The notes below the pieces were generated by a model that ran no database searches, was not told where the DNA came from, and saw only the letters and a list, made by a program, of their open reading frames with translations. A stretch of DNA of 64,000 bases from the NCBI GenBank assembly GCA_043228905.1, contig JBHGNT010000016.1:5394001-5458000 (forward strand), given 5' to 3'. Below, one piece after another: positions 14,404-27,166 of this stretch (position 1 is its first letter; every line of letters begins with the position of its first letter). The translations under genes were made by a program, and so were the position numbers. This stretch comes from Azolla caroliniana. Its lineage: Eukaryota > Plantae > Polypodiophyta.

Positions 14404-15045
14404 ATGGAAGCTAGTAGAAAGAGAGAGGTAGAGACAACCCAAGCCCAGAAGCTGTCCCCTGCAAGTGAGACCACGGTATTATATGTGGATAGTGACCAAG
14501 AGCCCTCAGAGAGGACCCCTGCCTTTGTGTCCAGAGAAACAGCCTTACAAGCCCTGAACACCATAGTCCAAGTTCACTTCGAGAAGACCTTAGAGAAGAA
14601 GAGGTCAGTGGATCTGCAGAAGAAGGAGCTATGGAAGATGTTCCAATTCTTCTTCCTCTTCTTGTCACTTGTCTTTGCAAGTGTGGTGAATTCCTCATCT
14701 AGGCTCCAATGTAGGCATGTATGGATGCCCATCCTTCTATGTGGCCTTGGCCATGCCATCTTCTATGTGGCCATGGCACAAACCTTGAGATGTATCAATG
14801 GGTTTAAGTACCAAAGAAGGTGTCATAAGTTGACACTTGGCTTGGCGACGGAGAAGCTCAAAAGACTTAAGGTGAGCCCCGGGGGGGACAATGTCCCCGA
14901 AGATGAATTCGAGGTGAGGTACCAAGAACCCGATGATTCCTACTTCAACAAATTCAAGAGGAAATGGGCACTCTTTGCCACATTCCTATTGCTCACATTC
15001 TTTGTGATGTTAGCCTCCCCGATCATGCTCTTATGTATTATGTAA
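14404..15045 (+). CDS. Intronless conserved plant membrane protein of unknown function (~213 aa from first in-frame ATG)
   Basis: Open frame with non-repetitive, protein-like sequence ETALQALNTIVQVHFEKTLEKKRSVDLQKKELWKMFQFFFLFL...RLQCRH...AQTLRCINGFKYQRRCHKLTLGLATEKL and three hydrophobic segments. It resembles an uncharacterised land-plant family from memory. The ORF-track start at 14323 is TTG and its poly-E is a (GAA)n tract, probably 5' UTR. Confidence 0.8.
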   Translation: MEASRKREVETTQAQKLSPASETTVLYVDSDQEPSERTPAFVSRETALQALNTIVQVHFEKTLEKKRSVDLQKKELWKMFQFFFLFLSLVFASVVNSSSRLQCRHVWMPILLCGLGHAIFYVAMAQTLRCINGFKYQRRCHKLTLGLATEKLKRLKVSPGGDNVPEDEFEVRYQEPDDSYFNKFKRKWALFATFLLLTFFVMLASPIMLLCIM

Positions 15046-18000
15046 CCGTAATTCGCGAACAAAAGAGAGACAAAATGAAGAACGGAAAGCGGAAAAATGC
15101 AGCATTCCCTCGATCGTGTAAGCTTGTCATTGGTTTCCTCGACCAAAACCAAGATATATATATATATATTTGCCCCCGAGGGCTAAATCTTCACTCCATC
15201 TTATGAAATGTATCGTCATGTGAGGATAATTTGGAGCTCAATTCATGTGCACTCTCTGCCTGTCATTGTATGTATATGATCGTCTGGAGTGTGCTACATA
15301 CAATCAATCCATCGTTTCTCTTGGTGAAGCTTCTGTTGTGTATGCTTTTCATCATCTTATTACACACACAAATCCATAGATGCATAAACGTATCAAATTT
15401 TATAACATCAATGTAATGTTGTGTTCACACCTATTCTCATTGCCACACATAAACACGTGGTTTGGATTATAGCGATTGAACGAAGCAATCCTAGACCTAG
15501 TAGGTACTCATCTAGATTTTGGTATTGGAGAGGCAATGTCAAACATAATGGGTAGCACCTATCCATGATCCTCCCAATGAAGCTCATCTCAATGCCGGTT
15601 TCAGATACACATTTCTCTATGAAATGTTGCAGGTCAAGAAAGTGGTGTACTACATAGTTGGTTGACCATTGATAGTACTCAGTAACTACCAAGGAGCTCT
15701 CCCAAATGATTAAATTGTTGCTTGTAAAAAGGCAAGGAGAATGGTGAGAACGTCTCTATAAATCTATGTAGCCTACTTTGTTTGTATCATGCACGACCAT
15801 TTTGAATAGGCTTGACCTTCATGCATTAATTTAAGACTTGGTATTATCAATGGGTTCTTGAGAATAGTGTGTTAACACACTTCTTTCGATCAATATTCAA
15901 ATAAGATCAAGTATGATTGTTTTAAAGTTTTGACAAGACTCCGGTTTTTGAGAACTCTTGTAAATTATGTATGTAAGTCATAGTGTGATGCATATGAATG
16001 GATAGGGTCATGACAATTTTATATATTTCCTCTCCATTAGAATGTGTTACTTGTGAATTTTTGTGAAAGTGGTGTTGAAGCAAGCATGCGTTAACATGTA
16101 TAATGTTTTAAACAATGAAACATAGTTAGAATCGATGCCTAAGTTGCTCATCTCCTTCTTAATAGCTCGTTCATATAAAAAGCCCCAAGAGGGATCTAAA
16201 CTTGTTACATTTATTGTTCAATCCAAAACCAGGCAAACTTTGCTTGTCAACCATAAACTTGTTCTCACGTTACAGAAGAAGCAAACATAAAATTGATATT
16301 GAAATGTATCTACAATGTTAAACCACTTCAATTACAACTACCAAAAATCTTGAACAGTTGAACTTTATATATGAGGCTCAATCTTCATACGTGAAAATTT
16401 TGAATCATCTCTTTACAACTCAAATTTGTGAGTTTGTACACTAAATCTATGACATACACAACGTGAAAGCTCTAAGTTAATTTGCACATGATGTTGTTAG
16501 AAAGATTTATAACTATATAATTCTCCACTAACATGTAGCATAAGATCCAACATACTTATTTTGCAATTGTATAGGATGTCATTCACCATCAAAATGCAAC
16601 AAAATTCAAGCACGTCTTGCTACTTGGTGAAATCATACCAAAATGAGAGGAACATTGGATTTTGTGTCCCTCTTTGAAGTACAAGGCACGTTGTTTTGGC
16701 CACTTGCAAAGAAAAGTGAGCCTATCAATGGATCATTTGGAGTTGAGGATTGACTCAATATCAAAAGTTGTTGGGGAACTAAGATTGCGGAAATAAGTAT
16801 TTAAAGAGAAATATAGTTGTTGAAATCTAAAACTCAACCTAATGTAGATTTGGGGAGGGCATAAAAAGGCGAGCTAATTGCTTTATCATTTCAATCACTT
16901 TCCGAAGATTGGTTGCCTTTCATGAATACATGTGTGTGTGTGTGTGTGTGTGTGCATATACATACATACATACATACATATACACGAGTTGGATTCTTCA
17001 TTGATTTGTCAATTAGAACTTCTCAACCTTGAACCTTGTGAATGGATCTTTGGTTTTGTATTGTTCCTTGGAATTATCAGTATTATGTTTATTTTAGGAT
17101 CGGCATGTTAAGTGTGTGGTGAGAAGGGGGAATTGTAAGTCAACACAATTCTATTTTAATAATTAGTTATCACCAAGTGTAAGGTGTAGAGTAGAGAATC
17201 GATAAAGATATCATGCATGTAGTGTTCAGTGCCTACAACTTTTGTATCAAGATAATTCTCTATGTGTTGTTTTTTCGACTCTTTGAATTGATAAAGATAT
17301 CATGCATGCTTTGTTGAGTCCTTACAACTTTTGTATAAAATATTAGAAATTACCATAATTCTCTATGTGACATTTTATCAATTGTCTCCCTACTTTTGTT
17401 ACCTTCATTAAAAATCATCATTAAATTAAATTACCTTAATGGCAAAAGTCGTATCCTCAAGGTTTCATAACCATGATGGAATCCCCAATTCAATTAGTGG
17501 TATCGTAATTTACTTTGCCATGTATGTATCTTATGTCTCAGTCATAAAACAAATACGAGCATTAATTGAGGTCTCATACCACTTATTCATTACCTGTAAT
17601 TGAAATATGCGTGACATGATTAGCTTATTGAAGTGATACCACCAACTAGTTCCCAATGCCATCTTTTTTTCTTGCACACAAATTTGGTAATAATGAGGCC
17701 AACTAATATCCATCAATGTGAGCATGCACGATTACTCCACCTTAAATGTTCTCCTATAAGTAAACAACATGTGAATTTTAATTTGTAATCAGAATTAATC
17801 CTCATACACCATACTACGAGTGAATAAGTGTACCATTTGATCCTTGTTGTACAAACATAATTGTTTTTATAGTGAAAGAGATGACACATCGAAGAAGAAA
17901 ACTCGTACCTCTTAAGTCATCAACCCCAAATTTTCATATGAACCAATTGTACCATTTTGTAAAATTGTTATTGGGTGTGCAATTCTTGGTCAACTTTCTG

Positions 18001-19290
18001 GATCATGTTTGATCCGTCATCAAGGTAAAATCACAATCCATAACTTTACACAAGCATTTACATATTAAGTTGCACAAAAACTTCAATCAACATACGATCA
18101 TAAATATTTCTATAGTTTATCTTAGTTAAAGTAACTTACTAGAAGATAAGTAATATAACATGGATGTGACTCAAAGTTACAATAAACTCCCCAAAGAGAC
18201 CATATTCACAAAACAATAGTGTTGCCTGTGACCATTTTTATTATCCAATACATAATCACCATAATATTTTACGCAAGAAAGGAGAGCTTTCGCTCTTAGT
18301 TTAATTGTGTGTTGTTTCATTTAATGGGGTCATAAAGGTGGGAGTGCAGTTCATGCATGGATCTGGGAGATTTTTGGATTTTGTTCAAGTGCAATGGTTA
18401 TTATGAATCTTACCCAATTATGTGTTTATTTGGCCACAACTATAAAGTATAACATTGATGTAGAGTCCTCTACACATACAAATATAGAAGTAACTATAAA
18501 TTGGTTGGCATTGAGGGGGTTAAACTAAGTTACAAGTTAATACTAGTCTCCTATACCATTGTTTTATCAAGTCTCTTTGATGGCTATCATCTATGACTAA
18601 AGAATAATGAAAAGGTGCACAACTTTGATTATAGATGGTAACAAATCTTGATACGTAACAATTTCACTCTAGCAAAGATCTTCATTTGCAGAGTATTGGT
18701 CGGGGGTTAATCTTTGGTATTAGCTCTAAAAAGATGTGAACGATCAACATGCAATTGCTTCTTTTGTAGTATTCAAATGGAAGATAATACTCATCGTTTC
18801 ATACGATGTCTAATTGCTTGTTACATTTTGGGTTACACTTTTTAGATTGGACGAAATTTGTCACATTGTTATATGAATCCAAGATAGTGGGTGTTTGCAA
18901 AATTTGGATAGCTCGACCCAATATTAGAGGTGGAGATCACTTTTTCTTTATGAGATATTAGGGACATCATAATAGGGATATGCACAAAGCTTTTGGATTT
19001 GATGGTAGGCATGCAACTAGAAAACATCTATGAAACCTGAAGGGAGTATTGATGTGGTAGTTTTGCTCAGGGGAGCACCTCAATATTCCTTGGTGGTGTC
19101 CATCTTGCCTTTTACCAATTCAACTTGTCCCACTACCCAATGCCCATGTAGCGATGACACCATTCAAATGTGGTACCATTGTCATGTTTTTCACACATTT
19201 ATTGATATAGTTGTGTATTTCCACCACATACATATATATAAACCAAATGAGCTACAACCTTATGGGCACGCACACACACACACACACACA

Positions 19291-19336
<46 letters not shown>

Positions 19337-19386
19337 AGAGAGCCTACATATAGATAGCCAAAGAGGGAGAAAAAGAATGCTTACAT

Positions 19387-19804
19387 AAAGTACCATTGTT
19401 GTCACTACAGTTTACAGGAATACGAAAGGACGTCCAACCAGTATGGGAGATATTGAGTAGTACCACTATATATCATATTTGGAAGACTAGGTGCTCTCTT
19501 ATTTTCCAACAACTGAAAACACCACCGGCCGAATTGGTCTCAAATATTTGGTTAGACATAGTGCATACTTTGAAGGGACAATGGGATGGTATTATTGGTG
19601 ACTCTGATGCTAAGATTGCTCAACGACATGAGTTTATCACTATATGGAAACCTTCTCCATTCATGACAGCCAACTGTGGTACTCCTTATTGGCATTATCA
19701 ACCTCCGAAATGGTTGTTTCCCCCCCCCAATTACATAGAACTTTGAATCTTGTAAAATGACTATACTAATGACAGGATATCTTTTTAAAAAAAAGAAAAA
19801 GAAA
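19387..19804 (+). mobile_element. 5'-truncated L1-type LINE 3' fragment with A-rich tail and ~17-bp target-site duplication
   Basis: ORF 19396-19746 has the ORF2 C-terminal pattern (VWEIL...IYHIWKTRCSLIF). A-rich tail at 19787-19809. TSD aaaaagaatgcttacat at 19370-19386 and 19805-19821. Confidence 0.8.
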
Positions 19805-20369
19805 AAAAAGAATGCTTACATGGTTATAACTCAATTGGTAAGGTTGTTTGATGGAGATCGGAAGGCCACGTGTTCAACAACAACAACAGGAAGACAATGC
19901 CGAGCCTTGAACCCCAAGTCAATCCAATAAGAGTTATGAGAGGAGAACCTACCTAATTACCGATGCCCAAAGTTGAGGCATAACAACTAGCCATGCAAGG
20001 GATCTATGCTTGACATCCTCCTCGAGCACTGTACTAAAAAAAACAAACATGCCTTTGTTGGGAATGTGTATGTGTTTTAAAGCCATCACCAATGGGAACC
20101 AACCAACCCATCATTGCCCACCGAAGAAACACTTTATGCACGGGATGGAAGACGAGAATGCCATCCTACATTTGAAACCCGATGCCACAACAAACAACAA
20201 CAAAGGGTCCAAAGTTTCAAATGAAGATCTATTTGGCAATTTTCGCAAACTTGCCCCCCCATCGGGAACCTTGTCCCCTTAGGAGTTGTCTAAGTTGTGC
20301 TTGATCGTTACTCTTCTTCTCGTTGTAGTTAAGCATAAGCAAAGGATGGGGCATGTGTTTCAATGTAAA

Positions 20370-20730
20370 CATACATACATAACATACATACATACATACA
20401 TAGACACACATACGTGATACATGCATACTTACATACACACATATACATACATACACATACATACATACATACACACAAACATACATGATACATCATTGAT
20501 ACATACATACATACACACAAACATACATGATACATCATTGATACATACATACACATATACATACACACATACATACATACATACATACACACATACACAC
20601 ATACATACACACACACACACACATACATACGCACATACATACACACATACATACATACATACATACATACATACATACATACATACATACATACATACAT
20701 ACATACATACATTTTTGAGAGAGAGAGAGA
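20370..20730. repeat. Long compound (CATA)n/(CA)n/(GA)n microsatellite
   Basis: Read directly from sequence. It explains the spurious MYVCMYV/HTYIHT ORFs. Confidence 0.95.
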
Positions 20731-20909
20731 GCGCAGTAGTAGGAGGGGGGTGGGGAAGCAAAGAATTAGAAAGCATGATGAGAGAGCATGGCGCGATCAT
20801 GTCACATGTTTCCATCTTGGGCGATTGTCTGTCTACACAGACCCAACAAGCAAGCTCTTTTGGCTATGGCGAATCTGTTCCCACCCAAGAAGAAGAATAA
20901 GAAGAAGAA

Positions 20910-20940
<31 letters not shown>

Positions 20941-21185
20941 AAGAGGGCAATGAACGGCCTTCCCCCCATTAAATCCATCGCATCTCTACCGCTTCCTCTT
21001 CCTCTTCCTCTTCCTATCAAGGTGAGATTAATCCTTCTTTATCTTCATTCCCCCCACCGTTCTGTTTCTCCTTTCTTATTCCATTCACTTCTTGTTTAGT
21101 CCCCCCCATTCATATTTCTATTCGTTTTAATAATCTCTTTGTTCATTTTATGTTTTTTCACCCACTCTCCAGAGAAGCTCCAGTG

Positions 21186-24100
21186 ATGGCAGAGAGGCCT
21201 AAATTGTTGTATATAATCGTTGAAGATGTGGAATCAGAGGCCCTTTCAGAGGAAGGGAGAAGGATTCCATCTGTTTCTTTCAGATATACTCGGCCTGTTC
21301 TGCAGAGCACCTTGCAGTTTATTGGATGCAAGGCGAGACACGCTTTCAAGGTAAGAAATCGTACATGTGCATACATGCATACTGATGTATATATACACAT
21401 ATATACATGCATATGAAGTATGTATAGGAAAGAGGCATCAATTGCTTCCGATATTCATACATATCTTCTTCCTCAACTATATATATATGAAAATGGTTTG
21501 GAGACAAAATGTAAGAATTTGGTGCTGTTTTGTTGTAGACCTTCACTCTCAGTTTCTTCGTGGTAGGCTGCTCTTGGGATTTAAATGTTGTTTTATGGTA
21601 ATTTTGGCTTTTCCTATTTTGCATGCTCTTTCTTATTGCGTTCGTAGAGAATTTGTGGATTTATTTGTTCTTTTATTCATGGTTGTTTTCCTTCTATGCT
21701 ATTGTTAATGCATGGTTATCAGATTAGCAAGCACGTTTCAAGGTTTATTTTTTGTCTATCTGTTTTTAGTTGTTCAGACTTGGGTTTCTTTTCTGAAAGG
21801 TCTTTCTCAATGCCACTTTTATTAGATTAGCAATCGAGTATTCGATGTCTTGTCTCAAGGCAAGAATGGATCATCTCACTCCGAGTGTGAGTTTCCAATG
21901 CATGACTTCTCACAGTGTCTTTCGGATTTGGAGAAAGATAATTCCCAGGATTCTTCTCCTGAAGATATTCAGAAAGCTGCAGAGAAGAATGAGGTAAAGC
22001 TCAAGGAAATCACAAAGAAGCTCTATGATGTGCATAAGCGGCGATCTACCCTCGTTCTGGACAGAAATAAGTTCATGAATGCAGTTTGCGATGCAATGTC
22101 TGAGTATCGTTATTTTGGACCTAATCGGAGGAATGACTTTGCCTTGGCTTGCAAGTACGTGAATATGATCCATCTACAAGCTTATTTTTGGGATCATTAC
22201 TAGGTTTTTTTTCCTTTGCATTTTCTTGTGTTTTTTGATGAGCTATAGTATTTTACTGATTCCTTTACATTGCAAGTCTATAGTATTTTCTCGTGTTTTT
22301 TGATGAGCTATAGTATTTTGCCAGTAAGTCTCTGTGGGCTTCTATGTTATTTTGTTACTTTTATTTCTGGATGGATACTCTAGAGATGAAGAGATTGCAC
22401 TCATAGGTTTCCTTGTTTTATGTGTGTTCTCATGTTTTCTACATAAAGTATATTTTTCTTTTTTCTTTTTGTATCCAATTTTATTTCATATGTTATTAAA
22501 CATTGGCTGAAATTGCATATCACTGTTGATACTTTAAACATGTTTGCGTGTAATGACAAGAAGGGTTTATATGTGATTCTTTTTCTGAGCGATTTACGTT
22601 TTCTGCTTATTTTCTCTTCCTTTTGGTTGTTTTAAGATGTCAAATTTCTCTATCACTGTGGTCTGTTATCTTTTACTTTCCTGCATTTTTCATCTTAACA
22701 TTTAGCATACAGTTCTTTTTGCAAAGTGATTCACATTCTATGGAAACTGATTTACATTCTAAGGGTTCACCTTTTGGTTACTTCAAGATTTACTTGTAAT
22801 GCCTTTTATATAATGCAAGATAGCATCTAACATGTAGTGTTGGTTGTTTGAATGATAAGAGAAAATATCTTATTCAATTATTAGTTTTATTGTCAATGTA
22901 TGAATGTGTATATATTCCTACTTTTGAGAGATTGTGTTTGCAGTGAAAAGATGCATTCTTTGTCAGGCTTGAGGATTTGTCATCGCTTTCTTTAATCACT
23001 TTCTTCTGTTTTTTCATTCAATCATCATGTTTATATTCCAAAAATTCAAAATTTTTTCCACCCTCAGAATTCGGGAGAAGCGCACATCTGTGACAATCTT
23101 ACTATGTGGAACAAGTGGATGTGGCAAGTCAACGCTGTCTACTTTGCTGGTATTCAGAATTTCCTTTATACATACATAATGTTGTGTCACGTTGGTGATG
23201 TATTTTCTATAGGAGCATAAGAGTTACCGTTAATCTCTGGTAATTATTGTATCGAATATGCCAGGCTAGCAGGCTTGGTATTACTACTGTAGTGTCAACG
23301 GATTCTATTAGGCACATGATGCGAAGCTATGTTGATGAAATAGAAAATCCTCTCTTGTATGCTTCAACATATTCGGCTGGAGAACATCTTGACCCTGTGG
23401 CAGTTGCTGAGTCAAAGATGAAAAAAATGTCAAAGAAAATGGAAACCCATAGGAATGATGGGACTTTGCAACGTGAAAAGGATTTCTCTATAGTCATGAA
23501 TCAAAATCATAAAGTAAAGCCTCAAACCCATGAAAGTAGCATTGTGTTTAGCATGGGTGAGATAACAATCAGTGCCAAAACAATGGCAGTAGAGGGATAC
23601 AAGGCTCAAAGTGAAATGGTGATTGATAGTCTTGATAGGTTGATTACTTTGTGGGAGCAAAAGTGTGAATCTGTTATTATCGAAGGGGTGCATTTGAATT
23701 TAGACTTTGTGGTATGTAATATCTTTATATTAGCGCCAACATATTAATTGCGTCATTATAATGATGTAAACATCAGTTTTTCTGTGACTGACGTCCCCGA
23801 GACTGATTGTTATTTTGCAGACAGAACTGATGAAGCAGCATCCAACCATTATTCCATTTATGATTTATATTGCAAATGAAGAGAAACATCTTGAGAGATT
23901 TGCCATTCGTGCAAAATACATGACCTTGGACCCTGCAAAAAACAAGTATGTTAAGTATATCCGCAATATCCGGGTGATACAGGATTATCAATGCAAAAAA
24001 GCGGATAAACACTTGGTCCCGAAAGTTAATAACACAAACATGGACCAGAGTGTGGCTGCGATACATGCTACCATTTTTGCTTGCTTGCGTAGGAGAGAGG

Positions 24101-25351
24101 GAGGAGAGTCATACTATGATGTGACCACAAATGCAGTTAAGATGGTTGATGATGAATACAAAAACCAACATGCTGCAAATTCTTTGGGTTCAGAAAGAAT
24201 GCTTCAGATCATACACCAGAGAGGGTCATCACATCATTTGATTGCACTTGTGAATAATGACGGTTCGGTTGCGAGAGCATGGCCTGTTGAAATGGTTGAT
24301 AAACGACCTGAAGGAGAAGAACGAACTACTTCTATTAGTAATGATAAAATTAATACATCGTGCCCATCATGCACATATGAACCTATAGATGTGACAGTCA
24401 ATCTTCAATTTGGCAATTTCGGGCTCAGTGCTTGGAAGAACGATGTGGGTGGGGCAAATTATGGAACGAATGTGGATGCTCCTAGCTCGAAAGTGGACAT
24501 GCTCGATTCCTATAAGAGCAGCCACGGAAGTAGTCAATATGCATCATGTTGTTCAACCTCTTCCCACGGACTTGAAGGACCTGAAAAAGAGGTATGTATT
24601 GCTAACCTGAAGTGAATTAATATTCCATATTTAACTTCAATTATCATATTATATATCACTTGGAAGTTTCCTCTTTATTATATAGTTTGATTCAGGTCTT
24701 TTGTCAAAGGGTGTTCTATTTGTCCTTAAATACCATATATAAATCATTTGAGAATTTCCTCCTGAACTCCTTTTAAATCTGTTTAAAAAGATTAGGAGTA
24801 CTACAAATGAGATATCATATAAAGCTGTTGGTTAATATGTATATCTTCACACTGCATCTGCTGATTTATAGTGGAAAATGATAGGCCCAAGGTCGTAATT
24901 TCATTTCCTAAATTAGATAGTATTTTCCAAATAATCTGGAGTTTGTGTTTTTAGTTCTAAGTTTGAAGATCTTCTATTTATAGCTATTTAACAAGACTCT
25001 TGTTTGCCCAGCTTCTCTATGACAGTAAAGTGTATGGGAGTGATGAAGAGCAAGGATTGCTTGATTTTGATAGTGAGGAAGACAATGCTGAAAGAGATCA
25101 ACCTCTTGAGGTAGAGGTGGGTATTTTTTGTTAACTTGAAAGAGTAAAAAAGGTCTTTTATAGTCATGGTTTAGTTATTTTTGTGTATACAGGTAGAGGG
25201 TTCAGTTGAGGATGGTAGCATTTCATCAGATGAGGAAGATGATAGTGGTGTATCAGTTGATGAAGACAAATATATTGAAGACCTGGAAATCGTTGATCGA
25301 ATCGGTTGCGAGAAGACTATGTACCGAGCTGCTCACCAAATCAGATGCTAA
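21186..25351 (+). CDS. LPA1: P-loop NTPase domain-containing protein, LPA1 (low phytic acid 1)/2-phosphoglycerate kinase-related homolog, ~683 aa; exons 21186-21350, 21826-22154, 23068-23149, 23265-23711, 23821-24591, 25012-25110 (or 25116), 25193-25351
   Basis: KLLYIIV...[25 protein letters not shown]|ISNRVF; Walker [13 protein letters not shown]; [20 protein letters not shown]; [20 protein letters not shown]; [29 protein letters not shown]; acidic C-terminus. Splice phases are consistent. Confidence 0.9.
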
Positions 25352-26772
25352 TCCATTCATTATGTTCGATTGAGAACCCAATATTGTCAATTATCATATG
25401 GCTACTTTAGGTTGATTTTCTAGAATGGATTTTGTTGATGGATTTCCCTGCCAGAGCTAGCTCATGATAACACAATGCTGAATGAGTTTCCAGTAGAGAA
25501 GTACATGGAAAACATTTGCATGGGCGTTGGAAGAGAGATTTCGATCAGTGTTTACCTATATGGTTCATATTGAGCTATTGATATTTACAGTAAAGGCAAA
25601 ATTGTATGCTGTATGGTTTTGCATAAAGTATTTCTATATTGCCTCCCAAAGGAGGTTCTCCTTATTGAAGGAATTTGTTGCGTGTAACCTAGTGGATCCA
25701 TTATTGTGAAGTTACTGGCTATTGGTGGTCTTGGTTTGCGAAGTGTGTTGATTCATCGGAGGGTTTCCACTTATAGGAGGTGTTTACTGTGTAGAGATCA
25801 TGTCCATGGTGAAAACGGCGTATTATTGAATGTAATAATTTAATGTATCTATTATTGTAAATTTACTCCATATTGGTAGCAAGTTATTAATCATTTATTT
25901 GTGTTCTGTCACTGATTAACATGGTATTGGCTTTTCTAAGCCTATTTGTTTGTTACTTGTATATGATAGGATATAAACCTAGTGATCTTGGTGTGCAAGA
26001 ATAAGATATATTTGTTACTTGTATATAGGATATAAACCTAGTGATCATAGTTGTAGTTGCCCCAGGAAATACTTAAAACTATGTTTTGAGGTTTGACATG
26101 TGGACATGCATGATTAAGATATGTGGATACACATGTGCACTCCATGCCGAAGTGCTTAACACTAAAATATGCAAAGGATCGAATGTTATGTGTCCATTGT
26201 TTTGAGGACATGTGACACTATAATGGTTCCATTGTTTTGAGGACATTTGACATTGAAGTTCTGAAAATGATTCCTTACTTGGGTGACCAATAATAAGATG
26301 AAGGTTGAATGTGACATACGTGACATTGTTTGCAAATGTATATAACCTTCAAGATACTAATTCTGAATGCTACAATCAATTTGCCTTCCAAGTACCCAAT
26401 CCCCTTGAAATATGTTGGCAATAGAGGATGGCAAACTATCCCAATAGGAAGGATAATTTGGGTGGGAAATATGCCCTCTCAAACGTAAAAGTGAGTTTTG
26501 TAGATCGATTAAAAGTTTTTAATCGTAGTCCCAAACCTAAAGCAAAAAGTTTTGAGTGCAATTCTTTAGAGGTTTGTTGTGTGTGAAAAGAAGAGCCATT
26601 CGAGGATTAAGGCATGACCAAAGGATTGGACAACAGTTTTATGCCTCAGAAAGAGGGCTACTCTTTTTTTAGCTATCCCGCATAAAAATGAGGCAATTGT
26701 GGCTTCTTCTTTCATAACCAAGGGTTCCAGATGTGCTGTGACGAGCAAAGTTTCATATTTGATGGTGGGAGG

Positions 26773-26820
<48 letters not shown>

Positions 26821-27166
26821 TACATAAATGCATGCATGAATCCATCCATCCATCCATACATAGACTACATGCATACATACATATACACACTTGTTCATAC
26901 ATGCATACATGCATACATACATACATACATACATACATATGCAATTTGTTTTAGTTAAAACTTAAAACATATACATGACGTGTATTAAATTCCCAGTTAT
27001 TTATTAATATAACAATAAGCTATCTTAATGGTTGAGGTTTTCAAGTATGGATTACAAGGTTCGAGGTTCAAGTCCGGGTGATGTCATAATGGTCATGTGT
27101 TCATGACACCGGCCACATTTCAACAAGAAATGAATGACATTTTTCGAGAACAACTTGGAAAATTTG

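Noticed and set aside
20229-20900. ORFs of MYVCMYV/HTYIHT type (also at 1182-1658, 26731-26958, 30094-30473, 31710-32068, 47211-47625)
   Set aside because: These are translations of (CATA)n/(CA)n microsatellites or minisatellites that lack stop codons by composition.
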